Assembly: GCA_903893795.1 (NCBI GenBank) | Contig: CAITNO010000046.1 | Span: 3,807-67,806 of the forward strand | DNA length: 64,000 bases | Source: Candidatus Hydrogenedentota bacterium | GTDB taxonomy: Bacteria; Hydrogenedentota; Hydrogenedentia; Hydrogenedentales; CAITNO01 | Reading direction: 5' to 3' | Shown: positions 9,872-18,953 of the stretch, piece by piece | Layout: every line of letters starts with the position of its first letter | Numbering within the stretch: the stretch's first letter is position 1 | The notes under the pieces: model-generated | Seen by the model: only the letters and a program-made list of their open reading frames with translations | What the model was told of the DNA's origin: nothing | Database searches by the model: none | Made by a program: the position numbers and the translations under genes

Positions 9872-12745
9872 CTAGTAGTCGAGGCCAAGCTGCCATCGGC
9901 GTGTTTGAAGATCCTGCGCCTCCTGCTTGACCTGGGCGGACTCCCGGAGCAGCGTTTCGGCCTTGCCTGCATCGCCCTCCTTCGTTTCAAGCTCGGCCAG
10001 TTTGCCGAGCGCCCAGGAGAGGTAGAACTGGTAGGTGGGCGCGGTTGGTGTGTACTTGACTGCGATCCTCGCATTTTCCACGGCGCTTTCCATGAAGGCA
10101 ACGTGGTCCTTTGCGGAATCATACAGCGCCTGGCAGGCCAGGACATCGGCGTAGAACTTGTGCAGTTCGGCGCTCTTCGGACTGCGCTCCAGCGCCTTCC
10201 CCGCCCAGGCAAAGTAGCCTGCGGCCCAGAGCTTCCTGCGCTCGTCAAAGGAGTCGGTGCCCAAGTTGCTGTTCTTCAGCATCTCGTAGAGCCGTGAAAT
10301 GTGCATGGCCAGGGCCGGGTTGTGTGGAAAACGGCTGTCCACGGCCTCCATTTCGGCCAGCCACCCGCAGAGCCCCTCGGCGGCCGCCCACTGGGCCCAG
10401 CGCGGTTTGAGCAGCAGCATGACGGCGTCCATCGGGACCGGCTCGCCCGCTTTCAGTTTTCTGTAACCCTTCGGGCTGTCCTTGTCGGGAACGAAGAAAG
10501 CGGCCGTTTTCGCCCACCGTTCCGGGTCGGGATTGATATTGAGCGCTTCACGGAAAGGCAGTTGCGGAGGGTCGCGAAACTCCTTTTTGGTGCTTCTGGC
10601 CGAGGCGTATTTGTCCAGGTCAGTCAGGAAGAACTTGGCCACGCGAACGCGCCGGTAGATTTCCTGATCGCTGGACGTGTTGGAAAAGGCCAGCCGGCTC
10701 AGGGTCAATTCCTGCACCCAGATGCGCGCCACCAGCCCGCCCGCCAGCGCGATGAGCACCAGCATGACGCCTGCCAGCAGACGGTGGGCGGTCTTCTTCG
10801 GGGCGGCCGCCTCGGCCTCCGCAAAGGCCGTTCCGCGCCAGCCAAGCCCCGCGCCTGCCATCACCATGGCGGTCATGACCAGGGAGGGATGGGAGAAGTT
10901 GATGTCCATGGCCGCATGCAGGCAGAAGGCCAGCAGTCCGCCGTGCAGGCCGAGCAGCCACAGGCGGGTTCGCCCGTCCGGCGCGCGCAGCACATTGAGC
11001 ACGCCGCCCACCACGAGGGCCGCCCAGAACAGGGTGAAGAGCACCCCGCCCGGAATTCCGGTCTCGCAGAAGGATTGAAGATAACCCGAGTGCGCCTCGC
11101 GCACATCGCCCGCGCCCAGATACTGGTAGTGCGCGTAGGCGATGGCGAAATTGCCCAGCCCGACACCCTTCAGCAAATTGTCTTTTGCCATGGACAGGGC
11201 CACGCGCCAGTAGGTCAGCCGAATCCGGAAAGAGGCCGGATCCATCAGATCTTTTGTGGAAACGGCCGTGCCTTCCTGCGTCACCTTGGTGCTGCGCGGA
11301 CCCTCATCGGCTGCCGTGGCCGCCGCTGCCGGGGCGGGCTTTGCCTGCTGTGCCCATGCAGCTTCGGTTCCCAGGGCATGGGACCCGGTGTATCCCAGCG
11401 CCGCCACCAGCGCGACAGCCGCCAGGGCGGGAAGCAGACGATGCAGGCGTGCGCGCAGGACCGGCCCGCCCCGCAGCAGAATGGCGGCCCACAGGCAGGC
11501 CGCCGCGAGCGCCATCCAGCCGCCGCGCGAATAAGTGAGGAGGAGCGAAATTACCGACATCGCCAGCGCAAAGGTCAGACCCCAGGCCGCCAGCGCGCGG
11601 CCGCACTGCACCATCCCGCGGCGCAGCGAGAGGTAATAGACCCAGATTGCCGGCGCCAGACTGAGGACCGCGGCGAACAGGAAAATCGTGGCAATCTGGA
11701 AGTACCAAGGGGTGCCTTCCGTGTCGTCCCGGTACACGGCGGGGAAGTGGCAGGCAAACATGACCAGCACCGTGGAGGCAATCCACATGCCCAGCGCCGC
11801 CAGCGAGGCGGCCCGCGGCGTGGCCGGTCGGTTTTCTGCGCCCGCTGTTTCGCGCAGCCGCTGCCAGGCCAGCCAGGCGCCCGCCGCGACAACGGGGATG
11901 CCGAGCATCAGGTAGGCGGCGAGACTGTTCGGGAAGAGCACTGAGCCAAAGGCGCGGTTGATGCTGAAGCGCCGCGCCAGCTCGGGGGTGATGGTGTCGG
12001 TGTGGAAGAATTCCTGCAGCACGCTCGGCTTGTGGATGATTTCGCGCAGGAAGGGCAGCAGGAACTCGTAATGCAGCAGGGCAAACAAGCCCTCCAGTCC
12101 CATGGCCACGCAGGCGCCGCCCAGTAGAATGCCCAGGGACACGCGGCTGGTGACACTGTTGACCGTGAGCACGAAGAGCATCAGGTAGGAGAACCAGAGC
12201 AGCAACTGGCGGCAGGTGCCGTCGAATTCCCAAGTGCTGTGCAGCCCCACTGCGGCCACCACCAGCCACAACGCCAAGGGCGCGGCAAAGCCCAGCCCGC
12301 GAATGCGGCCGCCGCGCAGCACCACGCGCACCCCCCACAGGGCGGTCAGCGCGAACACGGCGGACACGAAACAAAGATTGTCGGTGGGGAAGGTGTAGCC
12401 GTCAATCCACGGACGGAAGACCACCAGCACGGCGATGCCGATGCTCGGGTGGACAATGCCGCCAAGGATGATGGCCCCCACACCCCAGACCATGGAGGCA
12501 AGGTCAAAATTAGAGTCGGACACCATGGCGGGGTTGTACATTTTCAGCAGCGAGGCCAGGGCGACCTTCACCGGCGCCAGCCCGCCGAAAATCGCCGCGA
12601 GAAACAGCATGGCACCCAGCGCGGCGCAGCAGGCCGCCATGAGTGCCGCGGTCCGGGGTGGGGCGAAGTCGGCGGGCCATGCCAGGGGGGGCGGCGCCTC
12701 CACGGTGGCGATAGTCTTCTTTCGGTCCTCTTTCGCCTTGCTCAT
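9872..12745 (-). CDS. O-antigen ligase/polymerase family (Wzy_C) polytopic membrane protein fused to a C-terminal TPR-like soluble domain
   Basis: Many TM helices. Wzy_C motifs LTYSRGGWMAL and AHSGYLQSFCETGIPG. ~280-aa C-terminal helical repeat region. ATG at 12745 forms an ATGA overlap with the upstream gene stop; an alternative ATG lies at 12775. Confidence 0.7.
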   Translation of the reverse strand: MSKAKEDRKKTIATVEAPPPLAWPADFAPPRTAALMAACCAALGAMLFLAAIFGGLAPVKVALASLLKMYNPAMVSDSNFDLASMVWGVGAIILGGIVHPSIGIAVLVVFRPWIDGYTFPTDNLCFVSAVFALTALWGVRVVLRGGRIRGLGFAAPLALWLVVAAVGLHSTWEFDGTCRQLLLWFSYLMLFVLTVNSVTSRVSLGILLGGACVAMGLEGLFALLHYEFLLPFLREIIHKPSVLQEFFHTDTITPELARRFSINRAFGSVLFPNSLAAYLMLGIPVVAAGAWLAWQRLRETAGAENRPATPRAASLAALGMWIASTVLVMFACHFPAVYRDDTEGTPWYFQIATIFLFAAVLSLAPAIWVYYLSLRRGMVQCGRALAAWGLTFALAMSVISLLLTYSRGGWMALAAACLWAAILLRGGPVLRARLHRLLPALAAVALVAALGYTGSHALGTEAAWAQQAKPAPAAAATAADEGPRSTKVTQEGTAVSTKDLMDPASFRIRLTYWRVALSMAKDNLLKGVGLGNFAIAYAHYQYLGAGDVREAHSGYLQSFCETGIPGGVLFTLFWAALVVGGVLNVLRAPDGRTRLWLLGLHGGLLAFCLHAAMDINFSHPSLVMTAMVMAGAGLGWRGTAFAEAEAAAPKKTAHRLLAGVMLVLIALAGGLVARIWVQELTLSRLAFSNTSSDQEIYRRVRVAKFFLTDLDKYASARSTKKEFRDPPQLPFREALNINPDPERWAKTAAFFVPDKDSPKGYRKLKAGEPVPMDAVMLLLKPRWAQWAAAEGLCGWLAEMEAVDSRFPHNPALAMHISRLYEMLKNSNLGTDSFDERRKLWAAGYFAWAGKALERSPKSAELHKFYADVLACQALYDSAKDHVAFMESAVENARIAVKYTPTAPTYQFYLSWALGKLAELETKEGDAGKAETLLRESAQVKQEAQDLQTRRWQLGLDY

Positions 12746-13851
12746 GGCCGTCCCCCTCCGTTTCTGCCGACCCACATGAGCAGCACGATCAGCATGAAAA
12801 TGCCTCCGGTCTGGGTTAGCACAATCAGGGTGCCCCAGGTGTCCAGTTTGGGCAGCAGGGCGCCGTTCATACCGACCAGCGCGCCCACCAGCAGGATGAA
12901 TCCCACGGCAAGCGGCTTGGACATGCCCAGCGCCACCAGTCGGTGGGAGAAATGCCGTTTGTCACCCAGGAAAATGGAGTCGCCGTTGCGCCAGCGGATG
13001 TAGATGACGCTGAAGGTGTCGAAGAGCGGCACGCTCAGCGCCAGCAGCGGCGCCGCCACGGCGATACGCGACCCCGTGTGGGTAGCCTCGACGTGAAAAG
13101 TGCCGACCAGCGCCATGGTGGCGAGGAAGTAACCGTTGAACATGGCGCCGCAGTCGCCCATGAAGATGCGGGCGGGCGGCCGGTTGTGCCAGAGGAAACC
13201 CGCCACGGCCCCGGCGAAAATGAGCAGCAGCAGCCGCACCATTCTTTCGTCCTCCATGGGCTGGACGCAGAGGAAATAGGTGGCGGCGGCGATGATGGAC
13301 ACGCCCGCGCTCAGGCCGTCCATGTTGTCGAGCAGGTTCATGCTGTTGATGATTAGCACGAGCCACAGCATGGTTACGATGGACGAGGACCAGGGGTCGT
13401 TGAAGATGAACATTTTGGCGCGCATGCCGAAAGCTACCACCGTGCCCGCCGTGACCACTTGCCCCAGCAACTTCATCTTGGGCTTGAGCACATGCAGGTC
13501 ATCGACCACGCCCAGGGCGAAGATCATCAGCCCGCCGAGCAGGATGCCCGTCATTTTTCGTCCGCCGTAGTTCCCCAGGAATCCGAGCAGGTCCTGCTCG
13601 ACGTGCCTCATGCCCAGGGCATGGCTGAAAAAGGCGATGGAGAAGTAGCCCAGCACCATGAAGTAGAAGGTGCAGAAAATGGCCACGCCGCCCATGAGCG
13701 GCGTGGGTGCATTGTGCGCCTTTCGGCCAATGGGGTGGTCGAGCAGGTTCCAGCGCAGGGCCAGACGCCGGGCCGCCTCGGTGAGCCCCAGCGAAAGAAT
13801 CGTGGACGCGCCCAGCATCAGCGCGTACACCGCATAATCGTTAATCCGCAT
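12742..13851 (-). CDS. UDP-HexNAc:undecaprenyl-phosphate HexNAc-1-phosphate transferase (MraY/WecA family, GT4 fold)
   Basis: Motifs VVDDLHVL, NSMNLLDNMDGL and DCGAMF are typical of WecA/TagO/MraY polyprenyl-phosphate transferases. 10-11 TM helices. Confidence 0.8.
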   Translation of the reverse strand: MRINDYAVYALMLGASTILSLGLTEAARRLALRWNLLDHPIGRKAHNAPTPLMGGVAIFCTFYFMVLGYFSIAFFSHALGMRHVEQDLLGFLGNYGGRKMTGILLGGLMIFALGVVDDLHVLKPKMKLLGQVVTAGTVVAFGMRAKMFIFNDPWSSSIVTMLWLVLIINSMNLLDNMDGLSAGVSIIAAATYFLCVQPMEDERMVRLLLLIFAGAVAGFLWHNRPPARIFMGDCGAMFNGYFLATMALVGTFHVEATHTGSRIAVAAPLLALSVPLFDTFSVIYIRWRNGDSIFLGDKRHFSHRLVALGMSKPLAVGFILLVGALVGMNGALLPKLDTWGTLIVLTQTGGIFMLIVLLMWVGRNGGGRP

Positions 13852-14959
13852 TCAGACCTTTCATTAGGGCGGCTTCCCGGTACAGTTCAAACTCAGCGCG
13901 GGCCACGGCCTCCACATTGAATTCGGCACGCACGCGGTCCAGCGCCTGCCTGCCCAGCGTCTCCCGGCGGGCCGGGTCGGCCAGCAGCGCGTTCACCGCC
14001 TCCGCAAAGGCGGCCGGGTCGCGCGGCGGCACATTTATGCCTGTAACACCGTCCAGATTCGCATATTCCACACCGGTGCCCAGCTTCGTGGCCACGACCG
14101 GCCGACCGCAGGCATGGGCCTCCATGATGGAGATGCCAAAAGCCTCGCTGCGCTCCACCGACGGAAAGGCAAACACGGCACAGCCGTGCAGATGGGCCAC
14201 CAGGTCCGCCTGGCTCAGCGAGCCGGGAAACACGATGTTCACGCCCAGTTGCTTCGCCAGCGCCATCGCCGGGGCCCGCTCGGGGCCGTCCCCCGCCATC
14301 ACCACTTTGGCGCGGATCGCCTTCGCCGCCTCCACCAGCACGGGCAGTCCCTTGTAATAGCGGTGCCTGCCTGAAAAGAGCACATAGTCGGGGCCGTATG
14401 CCTCACGCAATTCCGCCACGCGCGCCGGGTCGGGCGCGTCAAACTCCTCCGTCACAATGCCCAGCGGCACCACCCGGCACAGATCGCGCAACTGCGAAAG
14501 CATCGGGGAACTGTCCACATAGGCCTGTGAAGTGGGGAGAATCATAGCACTTCGCCGCAGGAATTGCATCAGCACGGGCGCATAAAAGCGCATGGCCGAG
14601 GCCTGCCGCACCACATCGCTGTGGTAGCGCACGACGACCGCTCCGCGCGGCCGCGCCAGCAGCGCCGCCACTTCGGCCGTCGGATTCGGCGAATGCACCA
14701 CCACCACGTCCGCCTTGCTCCGCCAGATGCGCCAGGGAAAGGACGGCGCCAGGGGCGCGCCCTGCAGCCGCCCCCACTCGCCCGCCTCGGTCACCTTTGT
14801 ACCGTCCCGTTCCACCACCGCCGTCCGCCACGACCGGCTGCAGGTCAGCGCCTCCACCTCGGCCCAGTGCCGCTGAAAGCGGCACATGAGCGCCATGTGC
14901 CGTTCCACCCCGCCGTGGACCGGCGGGTCAAAGTCTTTGTATACATGAAGTATTTTCAA
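13841..14959 (-). CDS. Glycosyltransferase family 1 (GT4 clan, MshA/BshA/PimA-like)
   Basis: N-terminal KILHVYKDFDPPVHGGVERH and C-terminal E-x7-E motif region (ERSEAFGISIMEAHACGRPVVAT). Probable TTG start at 14959 (MKILHV…); the ORF extends to ATG 14998. Confidence 0.7.
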   Translation of the reverse strand: MKILHVYKDFDPPVHGGVERHMALMCRFQRHWAEVEALTCSRSWRTAVVERDGTKVTEAGEWGRLQGAPLAPSFPWRIWRSKADVVVVHSPNPTAEVAALLARPRGAVVVRYHSDVVRQASAMRFYAPVLMQFLRRSAMILPTSQAYVDSSPMLSQLRDLCRVVPLGIVTEEFDAPDPARVAELREAYGPDYVLFSGRHRYYKGLPVLVEAAKAIRAKVVMAGDGPERAPAMALAKQLGVNIVFPGSLSQADLVAHLHGCAVFAFPSVERSEAFGISIMEAHACGRPVVATKLGTGVEYANLDGVTGINVPPRDPAAFAEAVNALLADPARRETLGRQALDRVRAEFNVEAVARAEFELYREAALMKGLNAD

Positions 14960-15084
14960 AGAATCGCCTTTTTGAGTGCGGCGGCAGGACCGCCACACTC
15001 AATAATAGCGCCATCAAGGCCCTCTGTTATACTTCCCGCCATTGCCCACCGGATAAGCCGGGCGGCCCATAGGCGGACGGAATC

Positions 15085-15897
15085 ATGAAACGCAAGAAGA
15101 CGGTCCTGGTGGTTGTGGCGCATGCCGACGACATGGAATTCATGGCGGCGGGCACGGTGGCCCGCTTTGTGGACGAACTGGGCTATGACGTGTATGAATA
15201 CATCCTCACGGACAACTCGCGCGGCTCCTACCGCCTGTCGCGGGAGGAACTCATCCGTGTGTCCGCCGAGGAGGCCGTTGCGGCGGGGCATATTCTGGGT
15301 TTGCGCGAAGTGCGGCTGGAGGGCTATGCCGACGGCGAACTGGACCGGGTGGAGCCCTATGTGCTGCGCGGCCAGGTGATGGCGGTGGTCCGCGAGGTCA
15401 AGGCGGACATCGTGATGGGCTGGGACCCCTTTGCGCCCTATGAGGATCATCCCGACCACCGTGCGGTGGCGATGGCCACGCTGGAGGCGGCGGCCTTTGC
15501 GTCCAACCCGCTCTTTTATCCGGAACACGCCCATGGGCCGCAAATGGTCACCGAGGCCTATTGGTTTGCCAAGGTGCCGCACAACGCCGGGCTGTTCGTG
15601 GACATTTCTACCGTGATGGAGAAGAAGGTGGCGTCGCTGCTTGCCCACGACTGCCAGATGGTGCTGACCGTAGACGCGCTGGCGCAGGAGGCCGCCGCGC
15701 TGGGCGTGACCCTGCCCATGCTGGAGGGCGGGGACAGCGACATGCACCGGCAGGTGATCGAGATGGGCATACGGGACCACTGCGCGAAAGTGGGGCAGGC
15801 GGTGGGCATGGCTTTTGCCGAGCAGTTCCGCCATGAGAAACTGGGGATGCTGGACCTGCTGCTCGGCACCAGCTTCATCGAGCCCGATTTCGGGTGA
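15085..15897 (+). CDS. PIG-L/LmbE family N-acetylglucosaminyl deacetylase
   Basis: VVAHADDMEFMAAGT…HPDH motifs of the LmbE-like zinc deacetylase superfamily. Divergent from the GT1 gene. Confidence 0.75.
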   Translation: MKRKKTVLVVVAHADDMEFMAAGTVARFVDELGYDVYEYILTDNSRGSYRLSREELIRVSAEEAVAAGHILGLREVRLEGYADGELDRVEPYVLRGQVMAVVREVKADIVMGWDPFAPYEDHPDHRAVAMATLEAAAFASNPLFYPEHAHGPQMVTEAYWFAKVPHNAGLFVDISTVMEKKVASLLAHDCQMVLTVDALAQEAAALGVTLPMLEGGDSDMHRQVIEMGIRDHCAKVGQAVGMAFAEQFRHEKLGMLDLLLGTSFIEPDFG

Positions 15898-15903
15898 ATG
15901 TGG

Positions 15904-15930
15904 GACAGCCGCCCCCGGCTGTCTTTTTCG
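15904..15930 (+). terminator. Hairpin terminator gacagccgcccccggctgtc + T5 (one copy of a repeated motif)
   Basis: 8-bp GC stem with cccc loop, followed by ttttt, immediately after the PIG-L gene stop. An identical 21-mer recurs at 49530-49550. Confidence 0.55.
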
Positions 15931-16017
15931 TCATTCCCGCGCAGGCGGGAATCCAGTATCGCGAGGAAGCTTGGCGCAGGCATGCACGTGCCTGGATTCC
16001 CGCCTGCGCGGGAATGA
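15931..16017. repeat. 87-bp element bounded by perfect 26-bp inverted repeats (tcattcccgcgcaggcgggaatccag … ctggattcccgcctgcgcgggaatga)
   Basis: The arms are exact reverse complements. Each arm is also internally palindromic (cccgc gcag gcggg). REP/MITE-like intergenic element. Confidence 0.6.
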
Positions 16018-16052
16018 CGGTGGGTGGGGCTGTCGAGAAAGCGCCCGTCGGT

Positions 16053-17090
16053 TCAGAAATCCGGGTGAAAGAACTTAATGACGTAGAAGCACAGGGCGGC
16101 CACGCCGGCGGAGGCGGGGATGGTGACAATCCACGCCCACATGATGCGCTGGGCGACGCCCCACTTGATGCCGGAAAGCTTCTTGGTCGCGCCGACGCCG
16201 ATAATGGCGCCCGTGATGGTGTGGGTGGTGGACACCGGAATGCCCAGGGACGTGGCGAAGAACAGGGTGATCGAGCCGCCCAGTTCGGCGCTGAAGCCGC
16301 TGTAGGGGCGCAGCTTGGTGATGCGCATGGCCATGGTTTTGACGATGCGCCAACCGCCCATCGTCGTGCCCAGCGCCATCGCGGCGCCGCAGAGCAGCAC
16401 AATCCAGGCGGTGTCGAAGTGAAGCAGTGACAGTTCGGTGTCGGGCTTGACCATGCCGGCCGCGACCAGCAGCGCCAGGATGATGCCCATCGTCTTTTGC
16501 GCATCGTTGCCGCCGTGCCCGAGGGACCAGAGGGCCGCCGAGCACAATTGCAGTTTGCGGAAGACCCGGTCCACCTTTCGTGGGTGCATTTTGCAGAGAA
16601 TCCAGTACAGGGCAACCATCACCATGTAGGCCATGGCAAAGCCGATGAGCGGGGCGAGGGGGATGAATTCCAGGGTGCGGGTGACCTTGTTCCACTCGAT
16701 CACGCCCAGTCCCTTGTGCGCCATGCCCGCACCGACGAGCCCGCCGATGAGCGCATGGGAGGAACTGGTGGGCATAGCCCAGACCCAGGTGAGCAGGTCC
16801 CACACGATGGCGCCGATCAGGCCCGTAAGCACCACGTACACGAAGGCCGGATCACCGGGGTCGATGCGGACGATGCTCTTGATGGTGTGGGCCACCTGGG
16901 GCTTGAAGATGAGCACGGCGGCGAAATTGAAGAAGGCCGCCCAGATGACCGCCTGGCGCGGCGTGAGCACGCGGGTGGACACGACGGTAGCGATGGAGTT
17001 GGCGGCGTCGTGGAAGCCGTTGATGACATCAAAGGCCAGGGCCACGAGGACCGTGATTCCCACAATAATCCAGACGGAGAGGGGGATCAT
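16053..17090 (-). CDS. pit: Inorganic phosphate transporter, PiT family
   Basis: Polytopic protein with duplicated PHO4 motifs (GFHDAANSIATVV… and GHGGNDAQKTMGII…). Confidence 0.85.
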   Translation of the reverse strand: MIPLSVWIIVGITVLVALAFDVINGFHDAANSIATVVSTRVLTPRQAVIWAAFFNFAAVLIFKPQVAHTIKSIVRIDPGDPAFVYVVLTGLIGAIVWDLLTWVWAMPTSSSHALIGGLVGAGMAHKGLGVIEWNKVTRTLEFIPLAPLIGFAMAYMVMVALYWILCKMHPRKVDRVFRKLQLCSAALWSLGHGGNDAQKTMGIILALLVAAGMVKPDTELSLLHFDTAWIVLLCGAAMALGTTMGGWRIVKTMAMRITKLRPYSGFSAELGGSITLFFATSLGIPVSTTHTITGAIIGVGATKKLSGIKWGVAQRIMWAWIVTIPASAGVAALCFYVIKFFHPDF

Positions 17091-17093
17091 GGA

Positions 17094-17720
17094 TCAGGAG
17101 GCCTCGATTACGATGCTCTGGATGATGGAGGCGACGGCCTCGCAGCGGTCCGTGGCCTTTTCCAGGCGCTCATACAGCTCTTTCCACTTGATGAGCGCGA
17201 TCGGGTCCTTCTCCTCGCGGAACAGCTTTGCCAGGGCGTTGCGCATGATGTTGTCGCCCTCGTTCTCCAGCTCGTACAGCGTGCTGCAATGCTGTTTTAT
17301 GGCTTCGGCGTTCTTCATGTTGCGCAGGCCCGGCAGGGCAAGCTGGATTTCCTCGGTCGCCCGCACCAGCACCGCGGCAAGTGCCTGGGCCTCCGGACGC
17401 GTCTCCGTGATTTCGTAGAGCATGATGCGCGAGGCGGTCGACTCCACCGAGTCAACGATGTCGTCCAGACGCTGAATCAGCTTGTGGATGTCGGCCCGGT
17501 CGATGGGGGTGATGAAGGTCCGGTGCAGCGCGTCCATGCAGGCCCGCGTGATCTGGTCGGCCTCCTTCTCCAATTCCTTGATGCGCAGTGCCGGGGCCGT
17601 CATGTCACCGTCTTCGGCGAGCATGGTTTGCAGTTCCTGGCAGGCCCTGAGGCAGAGGACGGCATGGCTCTCAAAGTAGTCGAAGTATCCGACCTCCTGA
17701 GGCAGCAGCTTGCGAAACAT
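17094..17720 (-). CDS. PhoU-like/DUF47 phosphate transport regulator associated with PiT
   Basis: ~208-aa helical protein directly upstream of and co-oriented with pit, as in the conserved DUF47-PiT pair. Confidence 0.65.
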   Translation of the reverse strand: MFRKLLPQEVGYFDYFESHAVLCLRACQELQTMLAEDGDMTAPALRIKELEKEADQITRACMDALHRTFITPIDRADIHKLIQRLDDIVDSVESTASRIMLYEITETRPEAQALAAVLVRATEEIQLALPGLRNMKNAEAIKQHCSTLYELENEGDNIMRNALAKLFREEKDPIALIKWKELYERLEKATDRCEAVASIIQSIVIEAS

Positions 17721-17882
17721 AGTATCCTTCCGATCATTTTATATTTAGGGAAACTGACTCCTGTCCGCCTTGACCGGAACGGACTAATTTCAGCCCGGAG
17801 TCAATAAAACCTAGTGCGAATTTTAGCAGAAGAGCCCATCCCGTTTCACGCGGTGGGCGGCGGGGCGTTGCGAAGGCTGCAT

Positions 17883-17925
17883 TAAGACCAACATCCCCCT
17901 AAATCCCCCTTCAAAGGGGAACTTA
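17883..17925. repeat. Short repeated intergenic element, copy A (aagaccaacatccccctaaatcccccttcaaaggggaacttaa)
   Basis: ~90% identical to 52298-52340. Contains the palindromic core cccccttcaaagggg. Confidence 0.6.
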
Positions 17926-17990
17926 AAGGCATGCCGCGCAGCGGTTTATATAGTATAGAGTATTCGGTCTTGGTGTGAATGTGCTGGGAT

Positions 17991-18923
17991 TCAGGCGTGG
18001 GGGTGGGCATCCCGGTAGACCTCGCGGAGGCGTTCAATGCTGACGTGGGTGTAAATCTGGGTGCTGGACAGGCTCTCGTGGCCGAGCAGTTCCTGCACCA
18101 CGCGCAGGTCGGCCCCTGCATCGAGCATGTGGGTGGCGAAGCTGTGGCGCAGGGTGTGGGGCGACACCTCGCGGCGGAAGGGAAGCACCTGAAGGACGTA
18201 GCGCTCGACAATGCGTTGCACGCTGCGCGTGGTGAGCGGGCCGCCGCGGGCGTTGACGAAGACGATGCGGTGCTCGGGTTTGCTAAAGCCGCCGCGCACG
18301 GCGAGGTAGTCCCGCAGGGCATGGGCCGCGAGCGAGCCCAGTGGCACGAGTCGCTCCTTCTTGCGCTTTCCCAGCACGCGCAGCATGCCGCCCGCCAGGT
18401 CCATGTCCTCCATGCGCAATCCCGCCAGCTCGGCCGCGCGGATGCCGGTGGAATAGAGCGTTTCGAGCAGGGCGCGGTCGCGCAGGCCCAACGGCTCCGA
18501 GAGGTCCGGCGCCTCCACCAGGGCGGTCACCTCGGGGATGGTGAGCACCTCGGGCAGGTCGCGGGCGAGCCGGGGGGAACGCACACCCATGGCCGGGTTG
18601 GCGTCCATGCGGCCGGTGCGCGTGAAGAACTTGAAGGCCGCGCGGATGGCGGCCAGCTTGCGCGCCGAGGTGCGCGGCGAACCGCCCGCCGTCTGCACAT
18701 GGGCGAGAAAGGCGCGGACCTTTTCCCGGTCGGCCCGGCGCATCGTGTCGAGCGAGGCGGGCGGCCGTTCCGCGCCGTCCTCGCGGCGCAGCGCCACCGG
18801 CCCGTTTTCAAGAAAGTCGCAGAACTGCTGCAGGTCGAGCATGTAGGCGCGCAGCGTGTGGCGCGAAGAATTGCGCTCCACCTTGAGGTGGTTGAGAAAC
18901 TGCAGGACGTCAATGGTGGACAT
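17991..18923 (-). CDS. xerC: Tyrosine recombinase XerC/XerD family
   Basis: N-terminal SAM-like domain and C-terminal catalytic motifs ([27 protein letters not shown]). ~310 aa. Confidence 0.8.
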   Translation of the reverse strand: MSTIDVLQFLNHLKVERNSSRHTLRAYMLDLQQFCDFLENGPVALRREDGAERPPASLDTMRRADREKVRAFLAHVQTAGGSPRTSARKLAAIRAAFKFFTRTGRMDANPAMGVRSPRLARDLPEVLTIPEVTALVEAPDLSEPLGLRDRALLETLYSTGIRAAELAGLRMEDMDLAGGMLRVLGKRKKERLVPLGSLAAHALRDYLAVRGGFSKPEHRIVFVNARGGPLTTRSVQRIVERYVLQVLPFRREVSPHTLRHSFATHMLDAGADLRVVQELLGHESLSSTQIYTHVSIERLREVYRDAHPHA

Positions 18924-18953
18924 GATGGGTGACGATCCGTGGAATTGGACGGG

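Noticed and set aside
8969-10297. 442-aa plus-strand ORF
   Set aside because: Antisense to pepP and the 3' end of the ligase gene. No RBS and non-protein-like composition.
10301-11944. 547-aa plus-strand ORF
   Set aside because: Antisense to the O-antigen-ligase gene. Extreme Arg/Gly/His/Pro composition is typical of reverse-frame ORFs in high-GC DNA.
15895-16075. CRISPR array interpretation of the repeated gggaat/cccgc motifs
   Set aside because: Only two inverted copies with a single spacer-sized gap. The arms are reverse complements rather than direct repeats. No cas genes nearby.
16497-17807. 436-aa plus-strand ORF
   Set aside because: Antisense to pit and the PhoU-like gene. His/Gly/Asp-rich low-complexity translation.
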